From: Raillietiella orientalis
Lineage: Eukaryota
NCBI GenBank assembly: GCA_036172245.1
Contig: JAYWIR010000008.1
Coordinates: 2,480,001-2,544,000, forward strand
Direction of reading: 5' to 3'
DNA length: 64,000 nucleotides
Shown here in pieces: positions 60,081 through 64,000 of the stretch (position 1 is its first letter; each line of letters opens with the position of its first letter). The translations under genes were made by a program, and so were the position numbers. The notes beneath the pieces were generated by a model that searched no databases, was not told where the DNA came from, and was given only the letters and a program-made list of their open reading frames with translations.

Positions 60081-63000
60081 GGCTTCACTGAAACACGGTT
60101 GTTATCTTGGAGGGTGGGTGAGGGGGTGGGCAGTGTGATCCCCTTCGTACGTCTCGGGGGGGAGGGCAAGGAGAAGCCGGGCGCAGCACCTCGCTCTGTC
60201 TGGTCGCCCGACCCACCTCCTCCGTCTGCAACTCGCAGAGCCCTAGCCTGGATCCCTGCCCGAGGGTGGCCCCTCGGGTAGGAAACACGACGGCGAGGGC
60301 AGGCAGCGCTCCGGCTAGCTCGTTCGGATCGCCACAGCTTCCGCAACAGCCACAAGCAGAAGGTCCTGAGACGCATGAGTCGCCCTCCGCTGTAATTAGC
60401 TTTGCCCTGACACCGGTGGCTTCTCTGGCAGCCCCGAGGCCACGGCCAAGCCACTCGCAGCAAAGAAGAGGGTGGGACTCGAGTCACGTTCCACACCTTC
60501 GAACGACCCGTGACCGCTGTCCTTCTCCCGATCAGTCTTCCCGTTGCCGGAGATCCCTAGACTCCCAGTTTTACAACGCTCCGGTCGGGGTCCCGGCCAA
60601 GAGCCGAGACCGCTGACACCAAAGGCTGAATCTGATCTCCGGACAAGCCAGCAGACTCCTCCGGCGGTGGCGTCCTCACCCCGCGCCCAGTCCCGTGAGC
60701 GCCCACCAGCACGCACGCACAGAAGCTGGCGGTTCCCGCAGACGGGAATCGTGTCAGCGACACGCTCCAAGGCCATGCGAATCGCCGGGAGCGTCCGACG
60801 ACAGGCGTTCGGTCCAGCTCCTGAGCTCCACGCGACAGACGAAGCAGCTTCCGTCTCCTCCAAGGGAAACTACCGGAAGCAAAAGGCTCTCCCCGTTTAG
60901 CCCCGAGGCGAGCGCTTCGCTCGCCCATCACCGAGGAACACACGAGGCAGAGCTGTGAGGAACTTGCTCCAGAAGGACCTCTCACAGAAGGACTGGCATT
61001 TTCCTCGTCTTAACCTGAGTTCAGATGAGTCGTAGAAACGAATGTGTGAGGTCTAGTCAAACTCATTTTCGCAGGCATACCCAATCATTGTTTGGTTCGC
61101 AGGCACCTCGAAATGGACCATCTGAACGATGATCGTTAGCGCGGCTTCCCCATAAGACGTGCTTTCATTGTGTTGGATTGGCATCGTTCGTTGGGGTTTT
61201 GCCATTCTCTCCGATCACTTGCAGTTGTAAACCAAGCGGAGACGGTTTCCTGGTAGTTGAGCACGTGCGCATCCACACCCTACTGGTTTCCTTCCCAATG
61301 ACCTTGGCCTTTTAGCACTTGCGACCTCTGTTGCCAAAACATGGCTCTGCGATGAAGCTTACTGTGGCATCCACTTAGCACTTCGTATCGCTTCCGTACC
61401 GAAATTGATTATCGGAGAAACGGAAAGCCTTTTGTGCGATGAACAATACGCCGTGCTGCAGGCAGTTTGAGGCCATTTGACTGAAGCAACGAAACTCAAA
61501 CTTGAAATAAGAAATTCCACGGAAGGAAATCAGTAGCAATCAAAGTGTAGGGAACACGAAATGCATGCTTGAAGTATGAAACGTTTTCAGCACAGTTCAC
61601 GGTGCATTTCATCTTCATGTGCTCGAAGAAACTGTTTCAAACCGAAACACTTCAACTACAGTTTCTTTACGTATGCATCGGAACCGGCTTATGTTTCGCG
61701 TCTTTTATCAAAATTCAATTTCCTGTCAACTAACGCAAGATCATATCCAAGCCTCAGAGTGATTGATTTTCAAACAGATTCCGTGTTTATGTACCTTCAT
61801 TCCGCATTTGCGCCAAGAAAGGAGAATGGTGCATGACTTGGACCGAGACGTTGTTTTTCACTTCGGAAGATAGAGAGAGGTTTCCCTGGATTGAATCCTG
61901 CATCAAGCCGACGAGGCACATTGCTTCCTTCTTGAAATGATCTTTCCAAGAGTCATGTCCATTGAGCAGGGATAGAGTGAGCTGTTTTAGGCCTCCTGCC
62001 ACGAAGAAGGGAGTCCACTTCTTGTGACTCCTCATGCAAGAAGTGTTAACAAGCCCAGTAAGCCCAGTTTCATTCAGCAGTCCCATTTTGAACATTTTGA
62101 AGCGCTCTTAGAGCCACAGGGCATTTTAGCTACGAAAATCATGCGCTGACGAGATAGCTTTACGACAACCCCGAGAACTTGAAGCGACCGCGAACGATGG
62201 GCAAAGTCCCCACTGAGGATCTGCATTTGCTGATGAAGCAGGGCGTAGGTTCTGTCAGGTTTGCAGCGTTTCGTTCGCCTCTTTTTGCAGTTCCCACATA
62301 GCGGACTAACATTTCACATTCTCGCTACCACCTTCCCGAAGGAATGGTTTCCGTCACCATAACAAACTCGGCATTAAGGTATGGCAACTTTCTTTGAAAG
62401 GAAAACGCATACCCGCGCATTACAATGTGGCAGTTATCTTGGAACGTTCCTTACCTTTCAATTTAAGTTCAGGTTTGCTAAATTAAGAAGAAAATCAGAG
62501 AAGGGGGAGAAGAGTAGTGCTGCTGCAAAATAAAAGGATGAACAATAGCATTGCCATGGCTTCCATTTGATGTGCGGGGAAGGAAGAAAGAAAGAAAGAA
62601 AGAAAGAAAAGAAGAAAAAAAACACACACACAGACATAGGAAACAGAATTATGAATACCGTTGCTGTGCACTGTATACGAATACAAGAATGAAGATGGCA
62701 CTAGCCTCAACCACTCAGTGGCTTTAAGCCAGCCACTGTGCTCAGTATACCAAGCACATGAGCTGACTGGCTTGTAAGAGTCGTGGAATCGGTCAGTCAA
62801 AAGACGCATCGAGACGAAGAGTATCCCACAAAATCTCTGACAGTGAATTTGATGGAATATTTTTTTCATTTCGATTTTTTCATCAACAGCAGCAACGAGG
62901 AATGTTTTTATCTCGTGAACCAGTAATTTTCATAGTATCCTTGTTTGGTGCTTGTTACATGGTACTTCTCGCTTCCTTGAAGCTGATGGATCCTTCCCTA

Positions 63001-64000
63001 ATCTGGACTTTCTGTCTGATATTTTTCCTAATGCTGCGCCGGTTGAAGGGGAACAAGAAGAGCTAGGAAAATTGGACGAATTTCATGGTGAAAGTTCAAA
63101 TGAAAGTTTTCGATGTTCTAGAGTTTTACGATTACAAGGGAGCTACATACATTCCATTAATTAAAGCGCTAAATCCACATCCGACACGCATTCACAGGGA
63201 GCAATGAACTTTTTCATGATGAAGCATCATGAACAGTTCACCGAAATTCCCTCCAAATCTGTATACTGTCCACGGGGAGTTTTAAAGAGAAAGATCGGCG
63301 TGTGGCCGTTTGGAGAAACCACAGATGCCATTGCAAGAAAGCTCCTCCGAGCCGTAAGTTTTCCTTCCGACATCACCGAGTGCTTCGTATTCAGATTTTG
63401 CGCCGATCGCATTGCCGCTCTGTAACATTGGAGTACAGTATTCCAAAATGAGTGGACCACATCATCCTCTCTTCACAATTTTACAATCTCACCGCGAAAC
63501 AAATTGCCCTCAGCGTCGCTAGGAAGTCAGGTGAAGAAACGAATGAAATCCTAATCAGTTCGATCCGAATAAAGAGCCTCTCCACGTCTTCTCCATCATC
63601 ATCTTCGATTGTTAATCAAGCAGGTAATTATCTTCCTCTAAGTTGACAGCACGAATTCATTTCGCAGAGAACTGCCGTCTGAGAAGCTGAATCGGACTTA
63701 TCTGTTACCTGCTTGAAATTAGTCCTCGGGCGTGCGTTGAATTTTCCGATAATTGGAGCCATTTAATACCTCTTTCCCTTGGGTATCTGCTACCAGCAAT
63801 TCTCCTGGATTCTCCAGGCGTTTCCGTCTTCCGCAAAATGTCACCCCTGCACTCCATCAGAGGCTTTTTTAGCATTCCGTCCGTCCTTCGAACAGCACTG
63901 GACAGCTGAGAGGTTCGGTTCGTGCCTATAAAGGTGTGTTCTGGTGTTCATATACTTTACCATGTCCTCAGAATTCTCGGGAGCCTTTTTCTCGTTCCCA

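Noticed and set aside
61020..61050. Hammerhead-ribozyme-like CAGATGAGTCGTAGAAACGAA
   Set aside because: The core deviates from CUGAUGA..GAAA and stems I and III cannot be formed.
61500..63500. Possible second decayed chemoreceptor gene on the minus strand
   Set aside because: Hydrophobic fragments and one donor site, but no reconstructable frame or diagnostic motif.

Overview
Eukaryotic (metazoan, probably arthropod-like) nuclear DNA with many short introns of about 40-60 nt. It falls into three compositional zones. (1) 1-14.5 kb is AT-rich and holds a strawberry notch/SBNO gene (minus strand, running off the left edge) divergent from a complete 4-exon rpl7a. (2) About 15-53 kb is largely decayed retroelements: a near full-length L1/Tx1-type LINE, several L1 3' fragments, a NeSL/Utopia-like N-terminal piece, a possible Penelope RT, and a dispersed tRNA-headed ~0.8-1 kb repeat. 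This zone also holds an intronless EED/esc pseudogene, a gustatory-receptor-like gene and an intact 5-exon nucleoside hydrolase. (3) About 54-61 kb is GC-rich, with an orphan coiled-coil gene and a secreted, furin-processed, highly basic repeat protein. The most striking element is at ~45.2-47.2 kb: an endogenous CRESS-DNA (rolling-circle) replication module. It comprises a 29-bp tandem array, a stem-loop carrying the TAGTATTAC nonanucleotide on the strand opposite Rep, a TATA box, and an HUH+SF3 Rep with a nanovirus/alphasatellite-like helicase. The Rep is split by a 49-nt host-sized spliceosomal intron and followed by a poly(A) signal; I could not recognise a capsid gene. All homology calls are from motif recognition by eye; no searches were run.
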